The notes under the pieces are model-generated. The model did not search any database, was not told where the DNA came from, and saw only the letters and a list, made by a program, of their open reading frames with translations. The position numbers and the translations under genes were made by a program. Below, piece by piece: positions 30,337-46,424 of a DNA stretch of 64,000 nt. Origin of the DNA: an uncultured Gammaproteobacteria bacterium (GTDB lineage Bacteria; Pseudomonadota; Gammaproteobacteria; UBA9214). The number at the start of each line of letters is the position of its first letter. The first letter of the stretch is position 1. Location: NCBI GenBank assembly GCA_963773065.1, contig CAVYZN010000032.1:192001-256000 (forward strand), read 5' to 3'.

Positions 30337-31560
30337 TTACGCGCCGAAATCGTCTAGCAGGATGTTGTCGCGCTCGACGCCGAGGTCCACGAGCATCCTG
30401 GATGACGGCGGTGTTCATCATGGGCGGTCCGCACAGATAGTACTCGCAGTCCTCCGGCGCCGGGTGGTAGCTCAGGTAGTGCATCAGCAGGACCTCGTGG
30501 ATGAAGCCCCGGTAACCGTCCCAGTGGTCATCCGGCTGCGGGTCCGACAGTCCGACATGCCATTCGAAATTGGGATGTTCCCGCTGCAGCCGGTTGAAAT
30601 CCTCCTGGTAGAAGATCTCCCGCCGGCTGCGCGCCCCGTACCAGAAGGACATCTTGCGCTGGGTGTCAAGCCGCTTGAGCTGGTCGAAGATATGGGCGCG
30701 CATCGGCGCCATGCCCGCGCCCCCGCCGACAAAGACCATCTCGGCTTCGGTCTCGCGGGCGAAAAATTCCCCGAAGGGGCCGGAGATGGTGACCTGGTCG
30801 CCCGCTTTGAGGCCGAAGATGAACGAGGACATGATGCCGGGAGGGGCATCCGGGATGCTCGGCGGCGGCGGTGGCGATGCGCACATTGAGCATGACAATG
30901 CCCTTCTCGCCCGGATAGTTCGCCATGGAATAGGCGCGCGTCACCGTCTGCCGGGTCTGCCGAGACGAAGCGCCACAGGTTGTGGCGGTCCCAGTCCGCG
31001 CGGAATTTCTCCGGGATATCGAAGTCCGTGTATTTGACGGTGTGCGGTGGGCATTCGATCTGGATATAGCCGCCGGCGCGGAAATCCAGTTGCGCGTCTT
31101 GCGGCAGTTCCAGCACCAGCTCCTTGATGAAGGTGGAGACGTTGTCATTGGAGCGCACGCGGCATTCGAGCTTCTTGACGCCGAATACCTCGGGCGGCAC
31201 CTCGATCTGCATATCCTGCTTCACCACCACCTGGCAGGCCAGCCGTTCGCCCGCGGCGGCCTCGCGTTTGTTGATATGCGTGGCCTCGGTGGCCAGGATA
31301 TCGCCGCCTCCCGCGTGGATCTTGACGCGGCACTGACCGCAGGTGCCGCCCCCGCCGCAGGCCGAGGGTACGAACACTCTGGCGTCGGCCAGGGCGTTGA
31401 GCAGTTTCAGGCCGACCGGCACGGGCATGTTCTTTTCACCGTTCAGGGTGAGGGTGACGTTGCCCGTGGTGACCAACTGGGCGCGCGCCAGCAGGATGAC
31501 GCCCACCAGCAGCAGCACGATGGCGGTGAACAGGGCGACACCCAGGCCGATCTCTAGCAT
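30337..31560 (-). CDS. nqrF: Na+-NQR subunit F (frameshifted)
   Basis: [39 protein letters not shown]. Confidence 0.92.
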
Positions 31561-31579
31561 GTTTGCGATTCCATGCGTG

Positions 31580-32188
31580 TCAGAGCTGGATGCCCGAGAA
31601 GGACATGAAGGTGAGGGACATGAGACCTCCCGCGATGAAGGTGATCCCCAGTCCCTGCAGCCCTTCGGGGACGTCGCTGTATTTGAGTTTCTCCCGGATG
31701 CCGGCCAGGCCCACCAGGGCGAGGGCCCAGCCCAGGCCGCTGCCGACGCCATAGACGACGCTCTCGCTGAAGGTGTAGGAGCGCTCCACCATGAACAAGG
31801 AACCGGCGAGAATCGCGCAGTTGACGCTGATCAGCGGCAGGAAGATGCCGAGGGCGTTGTAGAGCGGGGGAAAATACCGGTCGAGCAGCATCTCCAGGAT
31901 CTGCACGATGGCCGCGATCACGCCGATGTAACTGATCAGCCCGAGGAAGCTGAGATCGACATCCGGCAGACCGGCCCAGGCCAGGGCGCCGTCCTTGAGC
32001 AGGTACTGGAAGATCAGGTTGTTGGCCGGTACTGTGATGACCTGCACCACGGTCACCGCCACGCCCAGGCCGATGGCCGTCTCGATGCGCTTGGAGATGG
32101 CCAGGTAGGTGCACATGCCCAGGAAGAAGGACAGCGCGAGGTTCTCGACGAAGATCGAGCGGACGAAAAGGCTGAGATGGGCTTCCAT
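31580..32188 (-). CDS. nqrE: Na+-NQR subunit E
   Basis: [22 protein letters not shown]. Confidence 0.95.
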   Translation of the reverse strand: MEAHLSLFVRSIFVENLALSFFLGMCTYLAISKRIETAIGLGVAVTVVQVITVPANNLIFQYLLKDGALAWAGLPDVDLSFLGLISYIGVIAAIVQILEMLLDRYFPPLYNALGIFLPLISVNCAILAGSLFMVERSYTFSESVVYGVGSGLGWALALVGLAGIREKLKYSDVPEGLQGLGITFIAGGLMSLTFMSFSGIQL

Positions 32189-32207
32189 GATCCTGACTCC
32201 TGGTTGC

Positions 32208-32871
32208 TCAGAGGGTCTCGGTGCGGTGCACCACGTGGATGCGGTACGCGGGCTTCTCGACCTGCGCCGGTTTCCAGGTGCGCACCGCCCAGATCAGCAG
32301 GCCGATGATGAAGAAGGCGCTCGGCGCCAGCAGCATCAGGCCATTGGGTTCATACCAGCCGCCATCCCGGGCGAGCGGCAGGACCGCATGGCCAAGCAGC
32401 GTTCCCGAGCCGAGCAGTTCCCGCAACGAGGCGACCAGGATCAGGATGGAGCTGTAACCCATGCCATGGCCCAGGGCGTCGAGCGCGCTGGGGCGCTACC
32501 GGGTTCTGCAGGGCAAATGCCTCGGTGCGGCCGAGCACGATGCAGTTGGTGATGATCAGGCCCACGAACACGGAGAGCTGCTTGCTGATCTCGTAGGCAT
32601 AGGCACGCAGCACCTCATCCACCACGATCACCAGCGAGGCGATGACGGTGAGCTGCACAATGATGCGGATATTGGTGGGGATATGGTTGCGGATCAGGCT
32701 GATGGCCGAGCTGGAGCAGACCAGCACCACGGTGAGCCCGAGACTCATGATCAGCGATGGCGCCAGCTTGGCGGTCACCGCCAGGGCGGAACAGATGCCG
32801 AGGACCTGGAGGGTGATGGGGTTGTTGTCCACCACGGGTTCGAACAATATTCGCTTGTCTTCCTGGTTCAT
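32208..32871 (-). CDS. nqrD: Na+-NQR subunit D (frameshifted)
   Basis: [27 protein letters not shown]. Confidence 0.92.
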
Positions 32872-33704
32872 GTCTTGTCTCCGTCCGCTTGCAGCCGCTT
32901 GAGGTAGGGACCGAAACCCTGATCGCCGAGCCAGTAGCGCAGCAGATTGTTAACCCCCCGGCTGGTCAGGGTGGCGCCGGCGACGCCGTCGACCTGGTAG
33001 CCGGCCTCGGGCGAGGCGGGATCGACTCTGCCCTTGATGACGCTGAGGCGCAGCTTGCCGTGCTCATCGAACGCCAGTTTGCCGTGAAACCGGGCCTGCC
33101 AGGCGGGGCTCTTGATGAAATCGCCCAGGCCCGGCGTTTCCCCGTGTTCGTAGAAAGTCAGCCCGGTGATGGTCTTGCCGTCACCGGCGAGCGCGAGGAA
33201 GCCGTATAGGGTCGACCACAGACCATAACCGTAGACCGGCAGGATGATGGTTTTGATGCGCTCGCCATCCCGCACCAGATACACCGGCGCGTAGTTGGGT
33301 CGCCGCTTGATCTTGGCCGGGTCCTGGTCTGACGTCAGCGCGCTGCTGGTGGCTGGATTGCGGGCCGCAGCGTGTGAGTCGTAGGTGGCCGGGTCGATGT
33401 CCTCGGCATAGTTGCCGGAGTCGAGATCCAGGATGCGGGTCTCGATGTGCTGCTGGAAGAGTTGCTCCACCTGCTGCGCGCTGTCCGCCTGAAAACCGGC
33501 TACGCCGACGATCTCTTTCCTGATGGCGAGTGCCTGGTTGCGATCCTGCTGCGGCTTGAGCAGCACGGCGGCGCCGGCCACCAGCACCGAACAGATCAGG
33601 CACAGGGTAATGCCCACGGCGAGGATCTTGGCCGGATCGTTGTTGGGACGGGAGAAGACCCACAGGCCGCGGGCCATCCCCGCCGGCGCGGCGTCAGTTG
33701 ACAT
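32868..33704 (-). CDS. nqrC: Na+-NQR subunit C
   Basis: [27 protein letters not shown]. Confidence 0.93.
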   Translation of the reverse strand: MSTDAAPAGMARGLWVFSRPNNDPAKILAVGITLCLICSVLVAGAAVLLKPQQDRNQALAIRKEIVGVAGFQADSAQQVEQLFQQHIETRILDLDSGNYAEDIDPATYDSHAAARNPATSSALTSDQDPAKIKRRPNYAPVYLVRDGERIKTIILPVYGYGLWSTLYGFLALAGDGKTITGLTFYEHGETPGLGDFIKSPAWQARFHGKLAFDEHGKLRLSVIKGRVDPASPEAGYQVDGVAGATLTSRGVNNLLRYWLGDQGFGPYLKRLQADGDKT

Positions 33705-34908
33705 GGCGGAGCTTCCTTCTGCGGATATTGGCCTGTATGACGAACCAGTCGATCAGCGGGGCGAACACGTTGCCAAACAGGATCGCCAGCATCATCCCTT
33801 CCGGAAATCCCGGATTGAGCACCCGGATCAGGGTGACCATGAAGCCAATCAGGGCGCCGTAGATCCAGCGTCCGACATCGGTCATCGCCGCGGACACCGG
33901 GTCCGTGGCCATGAACACCATGCCGAAGGCATAGCCTCCCAGCACCAGGTGCCAGTACCACGGCATGGCGAACATCGGGTTGGTCTGACTGCCGAGGACA
34001 TTGAACAGCATGCTGGTCCCGATCATGCCGAGCATCACTCCGGCCATGATGCGCCAGGAGGCCACCCGGGTGACGATCAAAAACGCGGCGCCGAAGAGGC
34101 AGGCGAGCGTCGAGGTCTCGCCCATGGAGCCTTGGATGAAGCCCAGGAAGGCGTCGGTCCAGGTGATGCCGGCGTTGGTGATGGCGGTCAAGGCCGCCCT
34201 CCTTGGCCAGGTACAGGGCCGTGGCGCCGCTGTAGCCGTCGACCGGCACCCATACGGCATTGCCCGAGAGGTACGAGGGGTAGGCGAAAAACAGGAACGC
34301 CCGTCCCACCAGCGCCGGGTTGAGGAAATTCTTGCCGGTGCCGCCGAACACCTCCTTGCCGATCACCACGCCGAAGGAGATGCCGAGCGCCACCTGCCAC
34401 AAGGGAATGGTGGCGGGCAGCGTCAGCGTGTAGAGCAGCGAGGTGACGAAGAAACCTTCGTTGATTTCGTGGTTGCGCACCAGGGCGAACAGCACTTCCC
34501 AGAAGCCGCCCGCGATCAGCGTGACGAGGTAGACCGGCAGCACATAGAGCGCGCCGTGCCATAGACAGGCCCATACGCTGGCCGGGTCGTAGCCGATGCC
34601 GAGCCGATCGAGCACGCCGCCCCGCCAGCCTTCGGTAGAACTGCAGCCCGAGCGAGGCCATGCGGCGTTGGCCTCGTGGCCGACCATGTACATGGCCATG
34701 AGGAAACACGGCGTGGCGGCAAACACCACGAAGATCATCAACCGTTTGAGATCGATTCCGTCGCGCACATGCGGCGCGCCCGTGGTGACATTGGCCGGCG
34801 TGTAGATGAACGTGTCGACCACTTCATAGACGGCGCTGAACCGTTCCAGGGGACCGCCGCGGCTGAACAGCCGCTCGATGCGTTCCATGTAGCGTCTGAA
34901 CGCTCCCA

Positions 34909-34909
<1 letters not shown>
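33694..34909 (-). CDS. nqrB: Na+-NQR subunit B (frameshifted)
   Basis: [32 protein letters not shown]. Confidence 0.93.
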
Positions 34910-36262
<1,353 letters not shown>

Positions 36263-36480
36263 GGTTGTTGTTTTATTACGGCTTCAAGTCAATCGCCCGA
36301 TGGATGATGGTCGGTGTTAACGGGCTGCATAGGGTAAAAGGTTGTACACCACAACGCAACTGCGGGTTGTCGGTACGCCAGTTCAATACCGGGGATACCG
36401 GGAAGCAATTCCTTTGCCACGCCTGGTGGTTGGCGTCCGCGGCGCGGTTTCTGAGTCATAACTATCATTAGTCATAACCA

Positions 36481-37341
36481 TCAATGAAAACCGCCGCACG
36501 TCCCGGCCAGCAGCGCGCCCAGGATCACGGCGGCGGCGGCGGGGAGGAGACGGCGCGGCGCGGGCCGCAGCCAGACCAGCAGCAGGCCGGCGCCGACGGC
36601 GCCGATGTCGTAGGTGAGGCGGCTGGCCGTGTTGGCGGCGCTGGTAGACAGCGCCAGTCCGAACGCCAGCAGAAACAGCAGAAACAGCAGTTTTGCGCCG
36701 GGATAGGTCCGCCGCGCACCGAAACGCACCGCGAAGGACAGCTTGCCCGCCTGCCGGTCGGTGGCAATCTGCGGCGGCTGGTGCGAGAGCAGCAGCGCGA
36801 CCGACAGCGCGAAAAACGCGATGCTGCCGTAGACCCCGGCCGAGACCGGGCGGTTGGCGGCGAGCAGCCACAGACAACCGAACACGCCCGGGCCATAGCA
36901 CAGCCCGGTCACCCATTCACCCAGGTGGGTGTAGGACAGCGGGCGGCTGCCGGAATTGTAGAGGTAGCCGAGCACGATAAGCGGCGCGGCCACCAGCGCG
37001 ATCCAGGTCTTGCCCGCCTCGATCAGCACCGCCAGTCCCAGCAGGCCGCCAAGCACCAGGCTCACGAACCCGTGGAGGGTCGCCCCGCGCAGGGTCTCGC
37101 CATGCAAGCGCACCCAGGAATTGCGCTTTTCGAGGTCGGCCCCGAGACGCCAGTCGCTGACGTCGTTGAGGACATTGATGCCATGCTGCAATAACACGAC
37201 GGCCAGGGTGGCGGCGGCGACATCGGCAAGGCGGCGACCCTGCACACCCGTCAGCAGCCACACCGCCGCCCCGGGCAGGATCGAGATGAGATAGATGGGA
37301 GGATCGAGCGCCTGCCACCACCGTAACCGGGTGTCACCCAT
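36481..37341 (-). CDS. UbiA-family prenyltransferase (MenA-like)
   Basis: NVLNDVSDWRLGAD, PLSYTHLGE, DRQAGKLSFAVRFG. Confidence 0.8.
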   Translation of the reverse strand: MGDTRLRWWQALDPPIYLISILPGAAVWLLTGVQGRRLADVAAATLAVVLLQHGINVLNDVSDWRLGADLEKRNSWVRLHGETLRGATLHGFVSLVLGGLLGLAVLIEAGKTWIALVAAPLIVLGYLYNSGSRPLSYTHLGEWVTGLCYGPGVFGCLWLLAANRPVSAGVYGSIAFFALSVALLLSHQPPQIATDRQAGKLSFAVRFGARRTYPGAKLLFLLFLLAFGLALSTSAANTASRLTYDIGAVGAGLLLVWLRPAPRRLLPAAAAVILGALLAGTCGGFH

Positions 37342-37372
37342 CGGCGGGTGGCAGGACTCGAGCGAAAACCTG

Positions 37373-37936
37373 TCAGGCCATGGCCGCTGCGGGTGAGCCC
37401 GCGAAGTATTCCTCCATCGCGGCGCGGAACCAGTTGGCATGCTGGCGTTCCGAATCGATGACCTTCTGGTAGACGGCGGCGGCGGCGGGGTTGTCGGCCG
37501 CGTCGGCCTGGTCGCGGAAACGCGGATAGATGTCGCGGTATTCGCGTTCCTCGACCCGGATCGCCACCCGCAGGGCCTTCTCCACCACGCCATCCGGGTT
37601 CATCCCGATCAACTGGTCGCAGTTGGCGCGGATCGTGGACAGGGCGTCTATGGCGCGCTGGGTGTCTTCGCCGCGCGCGGGTGTGCCCATGCGCTCGTAG
37701 AGTTTGCGCAGCCACACCGCGTGCAGCTTCTCCTCGCCGGCGACCTTGCGGAACAGCGTGGCCAGCCTGGGGTATCCCGCCTGCTGCGCCCAGCGCGCGA
37801 ATTCCGGATACATGATCTGGTTCTCGTATTCTTCCACATCGACAAAGGATCCCGCCGTTGCGTTCAAATCATTACCCTGGCGGGCGGCGGCGAAGCACTC
37901 GAATATCATGTCCTCGGTTATTTCAGTCATCTTCAT
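37373..37936 (-). CDS. Rubrerythrin-like ferritin-fold protein
   Basis: EEYENQIMYPEFA, EEKLHA, IYPRF, ERQHA di-iron motifs. Confidence 0.8.
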   Translation of the reverse strand: MKMTEITEDMIFECFAAARQGNDLNATAGSFVDVEEYENQIMYPEFARWAQQAGYPRLATLFRKVAGEEKLHAVWLRKLYERMGTPARGEDTQRAIDALSTIRANCDQLIGMNPDGVVEKALRVAIRVEEREYRDIYPRFRDQADAADNPAAAAVYQKVIDSERQHANWFRAAMEEYFAGSPAAAMA

Positions 37937-38270
37937 GGCTCCTTTAAGTATTGATGTTAGTGGTTGAGGGCGCAAAGGCACGCCGCATAGGCTACCCGCG
38001 CGCCCGGGGCTGTGCAAGCATGCCAGGGGCATCTGCCCCGCTGCAATGCCGTGGATGTGGCCGCGCGCTTCAAGAAGCTGATGGGTACGGCCTGTGGCTT
38101 TGCCCATCCGCATCAAAAAGCAACAGTAGCATGTGTAAAGCGCCGTGTACCGCTTATGCCGGGGTGTAACGGCTGTACCTGTTCCGCAAACGGGGATGCT
38201 AGTATGAAGGCGGTGGCCAAGCCCGGGTCGTTCCGTTCAACCGGCTCCGGGCGCAGCGGTGAACGAGAAT

Positions 38271-40371
38271 ATGGAAAACACCTACAAGATCCAGTTCGGC
38301 TCGCGCTATCCGGCCGGGGCGACGCCGGTCGATGGCGGGGTCAATTTCTCGATCTACAGCCAGCATGCCACCCAGGTCGAATTGCTGCTCTTCGAGAGCG
38401 CCCGCAGCCTCCAGCCCTTCCAGGTGATACCGCTCGAACCGCGCGGGCACCGCAGTTTTTTTTTCTGGCATGTGCTGGTCGAGGGCCTGCCGGTCGGTAC
38501 CCACTACGCCTGGCGCTTAGACGGACCGGATGATGCCGCCCGCTCGGGCCTGCGCTTTGACCGGGAGAAGGTGCTGCTGGATCCCTGGGCGCGGGCGGTG
38601 AGCGATGTGCTCTGGAACCGCCAGCGCGCGTCCGAACCCGGCGACAATCTGGAGATGTCGCTGCGCGCCGTGGTGGCGCCGAGCGGCTATGACTGGGAGG
38701 AGGATGAACCGCTGGGTTGCCATGAGCCGGAGAAGGCGGTCATCTATGAATTGCACGTCAACGGCTTCACGCGGCACCCGGGCTCCGGCGTCCGGCAGCC
38801 GGGCACCTTTCTCGGACTGATCGAGAAAATCCCCTATATCAAGGCGCTGGGCATCACGCATGTGGAACTCATGCCGATCATGGCCTTTGACCGCCAGGAC
38901 GTCCCGCCCGGCGCGGCGGCGCTGGGACTGGGCAATTACTGGGGTTACAGCACGCACAGTTTCTTCAGCCCCCATCCGGATTACTGCGTCGTCGGACGAT
39001 GCCGCCGCGCACCGCAATGAATTCCGGGATCTGGTCAAGGCCCTGCATGAGGCCGGTATCGGCGTCATACTCGATGTGGTGTTCAACCACACCGCCGAGG
39101 GCGGGGTCGGCGGCCCGACGATAAATTTCAAGGGCATCGGCAACGACACCTTCTATCATCTCGACCCCGCTGACCGGTGCATTTACCGCAACTACACCGG
39201 CGTCGGCAATACCTTCAACTGCAACCACCCGCTGGTGGCGCGGTTCATCATCGAGTGCCTGGAATACTGGGTCAGGGAAATGCATGTCGACGGCTTCCGC
39301 TTCGACCTGGCGAGCGTGCTCTCCCGCGGCGAGGACGGCCAGCCGCAATATCATGCGCCGGTGCTGTGGAGCATCGAGTTCTCCGAGGCGCTTTCCGGCA
39401 CCCGCATCATCGCCGAGGCCTGGGATGCCGCGGGCCTCTACCAGGTGGGTGGTTTCCCCGGTTTCCGCTGGGCGGAATGGAACGGCCGCTACCGCGATGT
39501 CGTGCGCCGCTACGTCCGCGGCGACAAGGGCCTGGTGAGCGAGGTGGCCATGCGCCTCAGCGGCAACAGTGATCTCTACCAGGCGCAGGACCGCTCGCCG
39601 ATGAACAGCATCAATTTCATCACCTGCCACGACGGCTTCACGCTGCATGACCTGGTGAGCTACGACAGGAAGCACAACAAGGCCAATGGCGAGGATAACC
39701 GTGATGGCAGCGATCACGAACTGAGCTGGAATTGCGGCGCCGAAGGCGAGACCGAACAGGAGCATATTCTTGCCCTGCGGCGTCGCCAGGCCAAGAACTT
39801 CATGGCCATCCTGATGCTCAGCCAGGGCGTACCGATGCTGCTGGCCGGCGACGAGGTGTTGCGCACCCAGCGCGGCAACAACAATGCCTGGTGCCAGAAC
39901 AATGAAATCAGTTGGTTCGACTGGGATCTGCCGGAGAAGCATCACGATATGCTGCGATTTACGCGCCTGATGATCGCCTTTCGCCGGCGCCACGCCTGCC
40001 TCATGCACCGGCGTTTCCTGACCGGCCAGGAGCGTGACGGCTTCCGGTTTCCGGACATCAGTTGGCATGGCATCAGTCTGAACAAGCCGTTATGGGATCG
40101 CGACGATGCGCAGGTGCTGGCCTTTACGCTGGGGCGGGTGAAGCCCGTGGACGAGGATCTGCACGTCATCCTTAACATGGGGACTGCGGATCTGGAGATG
40201 CCCCTGCCGGAAATCTCCGGCCGTCGCTGGTACCGCGCGCTGGATACGGCGCGTGACTCGCCACAGGACATCCTGGAGCCGCCCATGCAGGTTGCACAGC
40301 CCGCACTGGCATGCACGGCGAGTGCCCGCAGCGTGGCCGTCTTCGAAAGCCGCAGGAAATCGTCGGGGTAG
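38271..40371 (+). CDS. glgX: Glycogen debranching enzyme/isoamylase (frameshift near 38990)
   Basis: IYELHV, NYWGY, DVVFNHT, DGFRFDLA, CHDGFTL. Confidence 0.92.
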
Positions 40372-40740
40372 AATTCCGCGTACCGAGTGGCCGCACGCGC
40401 CCCGCGGGTCGCGCCGCTAAACCGGTGCCGGTCGGCGTCGATAACAATGCGGGTGTGCCGCCGGACGACAACCGCTCCGCTGCCACGAAACCGCAGCGAA
40501 GACGTGTAGCGGCGCGTGCCGCGTTCCCGCGCACGGCCCTCGTCAATACCGGGACACGTTCACAGATTCGCCAATAAGTCTTTGTATGTCGCTGGATTAT
40601 TATGAATTGATTGCCTATGATAGCGGCATGGGCAGTTTGCTCAACGGCGTGGCGGCCAGAAGAGTGGTTTTTATTATCATCCCTACAAGGTCCCGTATCC
40701 CCGGGTTTCGGGGATCACTAACAGAGAGAGGTTAGATTTT

Positions 40741-41070
40741 ATGCGCAGAATGAACAGGAAACTGATGACGTATTTTCTTGCCTTTATGCTCGCCGTATCC
40801 AATTCCGCCTTTGCGTCTGACTATGTCCACTACCAGCGCGGCGATGTATTCGGATTATCAGGAAGCCCCTACCGCCGGGACCATGCTGGCGGATACCGTG
40901 ATGGTGCGGCCGCTGATGCTGGTCGGCACCGCGGTTGGTGTGGTTGCCTTTGTCATTACGCTGCCATTCAGCGCCCTGGGCGGCAACGTGGGTGACGCCG
41001 GGCAAACCCTGGTGGTCGAACCGGCGAAGTATACCTTTCATCCGTCCTCTTGGCGTATTTTAGCCCAGCT
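40741..41070 (+). CDS. Small exported/membrane protein (frameshifted)
   Basis: Signal-like N-terminus; MLADTVMVRPL...TLPFSALGGNV in a second frame. Confidence 0.55.
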
Positions 41071-41344
41071 GCCTGCCTTGCCGCGCCGGGCTTTGAGCCA
41101 GGCAAGGCAGGCGCCCGTCAGTACCCGCCGTAAGTTCCACAGCAATCTTCGTCCGCGGCAGTGCGCCACTGCCGGCGTTGCCGCCGGTGCGCGAAACGGC
41201 TAATCTTTTCCGTCTTCACCCGGCGAGCTTCCAGGTAAAGCGGCAACAGGAGCTTGCCGCCCGCGACCCGCCGGGGTAGAACGCAGTTTCGCCACGATGG
41301 CATGCCGGCAATGAGGCTGCCCTATCACAGGAGCATCGGGGGAC

Positions 41345-42909
<1,565 letters not shown>

Positions 42910-42965
42910 TTCGGTTAAACTCTCGCGCCCTGCGGGGTTTATTGGCCGGTTATGCGGAGAATTTC

Positions 42966-43277
42966 ATGGCACGCGTCACAGTAGAAGATTGTCTGGAGAA
43001 TGTGGATAACCGTTTCCAGCTCGTGCTGGTTGCCACCAAACGGGCGCGCCAGTTGGCGAATGGCGTAACGCCCTTCGTCGACTGGGAAAACGACAAGCCC
43101 ACGATCGTCGCCCTGCGGGAGATCGCCGCCGGCCTGATAGGTCCCTCCATACTCGATGAACAGGTCAGGCCGGAAATGGAAGCGGACGAGGATATCCTTG
43201 GGCGGAGCAGCGGCTCCGGTGGTGATCGCCGCCGCGGAGACCGGAAGACGACAATCCGCGGGAGAGCGACGGACTGA
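42966..43277 (+). CDS. rpoZ: RNA polymerase omega subunit
   Basis: [28 protein letters not shown]. Confidence 0.95.
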   Translation: MARVTVEDCLENVDNRFQLVLVATKRARQLANGVTPFVDWENDKPTIVALREIAAGLIGPSILDEQVRPEMEADEDILGRSSGSGGDRRRGDRKTTIRGRATD

Positions 43278-43546
43278 ATCCTTTCCTCCCGGCCCGGTAT
43301 CCGGCCGGGTCGCCTTGGCTGAATAAACTCCCGCCCGTAACAGCAGCCCGCGCAGGTCTCGTGCCCGGCGTCCGGCGCCGCCCGGCCGTCGTTTCGCGAT
43401 CCTCAACTCAAAGCACGCCGTTTTCACGGCAAGGTCGCCGCTGGTGCAAGCATGGGGATACTTGTCCTATGATGGGCGCTACCGGGCACGACACGACCAG
43501 CCTCCCTGGCTAACCACAGTGTATGCCGGACACAGGCGAGCGCCCC

Positions 43547-45707
43547 ATGGCTACCAGACAGGAAACCGTTGCTGAACCCGGGTCGCGATTTCTCATCAGC
43601 GACCTGTGCCAGATGCTGGAATCGTACCTGGAACCGGAACAGGTGCAGGAAGTCTATCGCGCCTACCTGTTCAGCGCCGAGGCCCACGAAGGGCAGCACC
43701 GCATGTCCGGCGAACCCTACATCTATCATCCCGTGGCCGCGGCGCGCATCCTGGCCAACTGGGCCTCGATCACAAATCCATCATCGCGGCCATCCTGCAT
43801 GATGTCATCGAGGACACCAAGACCGCCAAGGACCAGATCGCCCGTGAGTTCGGCAACGAGGTCGCCGAACTGGTCGACGGCGTCAGCAAGCTGACCCAGA
43901 TCGAATTCGAAAGCCAGGCGGAAGCCCATGCCGAGAATTTCCGCAAGATGATCCTCGCCATGGTGCGCGACATCCGCGTCATCCTGGTCAAGCTGGCGGA
44001 CCGCCTGCACAACATGCGCACCCTGGGGGTGATGCGCCCGGAGAAACGCCGGCGCATCGCGCGCGAGACGCTCGAGATCTACGCCCCGATCGCCAACCGG
44101 CTGGGCATCAATGCGATCCGTGTGGAGCTCGAGGACCTCGGCTTCGCGGCCCTGTATCCCCTGCGTTACAAGGTGCTGGAGAAGGCGGTGCGCGTCGCCC
44201 GCGGCCATCGCAAGGAAGTGCTCAGCAAGATCGAAACCGCAATCAAGCGGCGCATGCACCAGGAAGGGCTGAGCGGGCGCATCCTGAGCCGCGAGAAGCA
44301 CCTCTACAGCCTGTACTGCAAGATCCGCAACAAGGCGCTTTCCTTCGACGACGTCTATGACGTCTATGCCTTCCGCATCATCGTGGACACGGTCGATACC
44401 TGCTACCGGGCGCTTGGCGTCATGCACAACCTCTACAAGCCGGTGCCGGGCAAGTTCAAGGACTACATCGCCATACCCAAGGCGAACGGCTACCAGTCGC
44501 TGCACACCATCCTGTTCGGTCCCTACGGTGTCCCGATCGAGATCCAGATCCGCACCGAGGAGATGGACAAGGTGGCGGAGTCGGGCGTCGCGGCGCACTG
44601 GCTGTACAAGACCGGCGAGCAGAACCACGACCAGATGCAGGCCGGGGCGCGGGAGTGGCTGCGCGAGCTGCTGGAGATGCAGAAACATGCCGGCAATTCG
44701 CTCGAATTCCTCGAGAGCGTCAAGATCGACCTGTTCCCGGATGCGGTGTACGTGTTCACGCCGGCGGGCCAGATCATGAAACTGCCGCATGGCTCGACGG
44801 TGGTCGATTTCGCCTACGCGGTGCATACCGATGTCGGCAATACCTGCGTCGCCGGCAAGGTCGACCGCCAACTGGTGCCGCTGCGCACCGCGTTGCGCAA
44901 CGGCCAGACCGTCGAGATGATGACGGCCGAGGGGGCGCATCCCAGCCCGGCGTGGCTCGAGTTTCGTGGTGTCGGCCAAGGCGCGCTCCAATATCCGTCA
45001 TTACCAGAAGAGCCTGAAGCGCGAGGAAGCCATAGACCTGGGACGGCGCATGCTGGAGCGGGCGCTGGCCGGTCTTCGGCGCCACGGCGGAGGGCATTTC
45101 GGAGAAGCGGCTGGCCGCACTGCTGAAGGAGTATCGCATCGGCAGCTACGAGGATCTGCTGATGGATGTCGGCATGGGCCGCCGGCTTGCCGTCCTGGTC
45201 GCGCGCGCCCTGGTAACAGCCGGTGAGGACGGCCCGAGAAAGGAGAATGACGAGAAGACCATGCGGCCGCTGGTGATCAAGGGCACGGAAGGCATGGTGA
45301 TGCACTTCGCCAAGTGTTGCCGGCCGATACCGGGTGATCCGGTCGTCGGACTGATCACGGCCGGCCGCGGCATGGTGATCCACACGACGAACTGCCGCAA
45401 CCTGAGGGAGCACCGCCACCCGCCCGAGAACTATATCGACGTGCAATGGGAGCCGGGTATCGAAGAGGAGTATCCGGTCGAGATCGGCGTGCTCGTCGCC
45501 GACCGGCGGGGCGTGCTGGCCACGGTAGCGGCGGCGATCGGCAATGCGGATTCCAACATCGAGAATGTCGGCATGGAGGAGCGCGACGGATTGACCAATA
45601 CGCTGTGGTTTACCATCTCGGTGCACAACCGCCAGCATCTGGCGAGGATCATGCGGAGGGTGCGCAATATCCCCTCCGTGATGCGCATCAGCCGCCTGCG
45701 GGGCTGA
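43547..45707 (+). CDS. spoT: Bifunctional (p)ppGpp synthetase/hydrolase (frameshifts)
   Basis: HEGQHRMSGEPY, LHDVIED, KLADRLHNMRT, TGS and ACT domains. Confidence 0.94.
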
Positions 45708-45762
45708 AGCCGCCGCCGCGGCTTCACCGTGAACGTTCCCAACTCATAATGCGAAGGAAACC

Positions 45763-46165
45763 ATGAGCATGACACGCAAGACGATCCAGACCGACCTGGC
45801 GCCCCAGGCGATCGGCACCTATTCACAGGCCGTGCGCTGCGGCGACAGCGTCTATCTCTCCGGACAGATTCCGCTGGCGCCGCAGACCATGGAACTGGTG
45901 GACGGGCGGCATGGAGGCGCAGATCAGGCGCGTGTTCGACAATCTCTCCGCCGTGGCGGCCGCCGCCGGGGGCAGCCTGGCGGATGTCGTCAAGCTGAAC
46001 GTCTACCTGGTCGATCTGGGTCATTTCGCGCTGGTGAACCAGGTCATGGCCGAGTATTTCCAGGAGCCCTATCCGGCCCGTGCCGCGGTGGGCGTGGCCT
46101 CGCTGCCCCGCGGCGCGCAGGTGGAAATGGATGCCGTCATGGTGCTGGGCAGTGGAGGGGGCTGA
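45763..46165 (+). CDS. RidA family protein (frameshifted)
   Basis: [31 protein letters not shown]. Confidence 0.9.
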
Positions 46166-46175
46166 CAAACAGTTC

Positions 46176-46383
46176 ACCGCAAAGCGCGAAGAACGCAAAA
46201 TACAACCAATCTCAACATAGTGCCTGTCCTACTGTCCGCCAGAGAGATTGGTTATCGCTTCAATCAGGCAGCAAGAATGCGAGTAACCGGGTTCTTGCTC
46301 TGCTCACAATGGCAGGTGAATCAGAGTTTCATAATTGTTGGTTTTGCCAGAGATTTTCTTTGCGCTCTCTGCGCCTTTGCGGT
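46176..46383. repeat. ACCGCAAAG-type inverted-repeat (MITE/REP-like) element
   Basis: ACCGCAAAGCGCGAAGAACGCAAA ... TTTGCGCTCTCTGCGCCTTTGCGGT around ~155 nt of AT-richer spacer. Confidence 0.7.
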
Positions 46384-46424
46384 TAATTTTTTTTTACGTT
46401 ATGCCTACCAATACCGGCAAGCGG

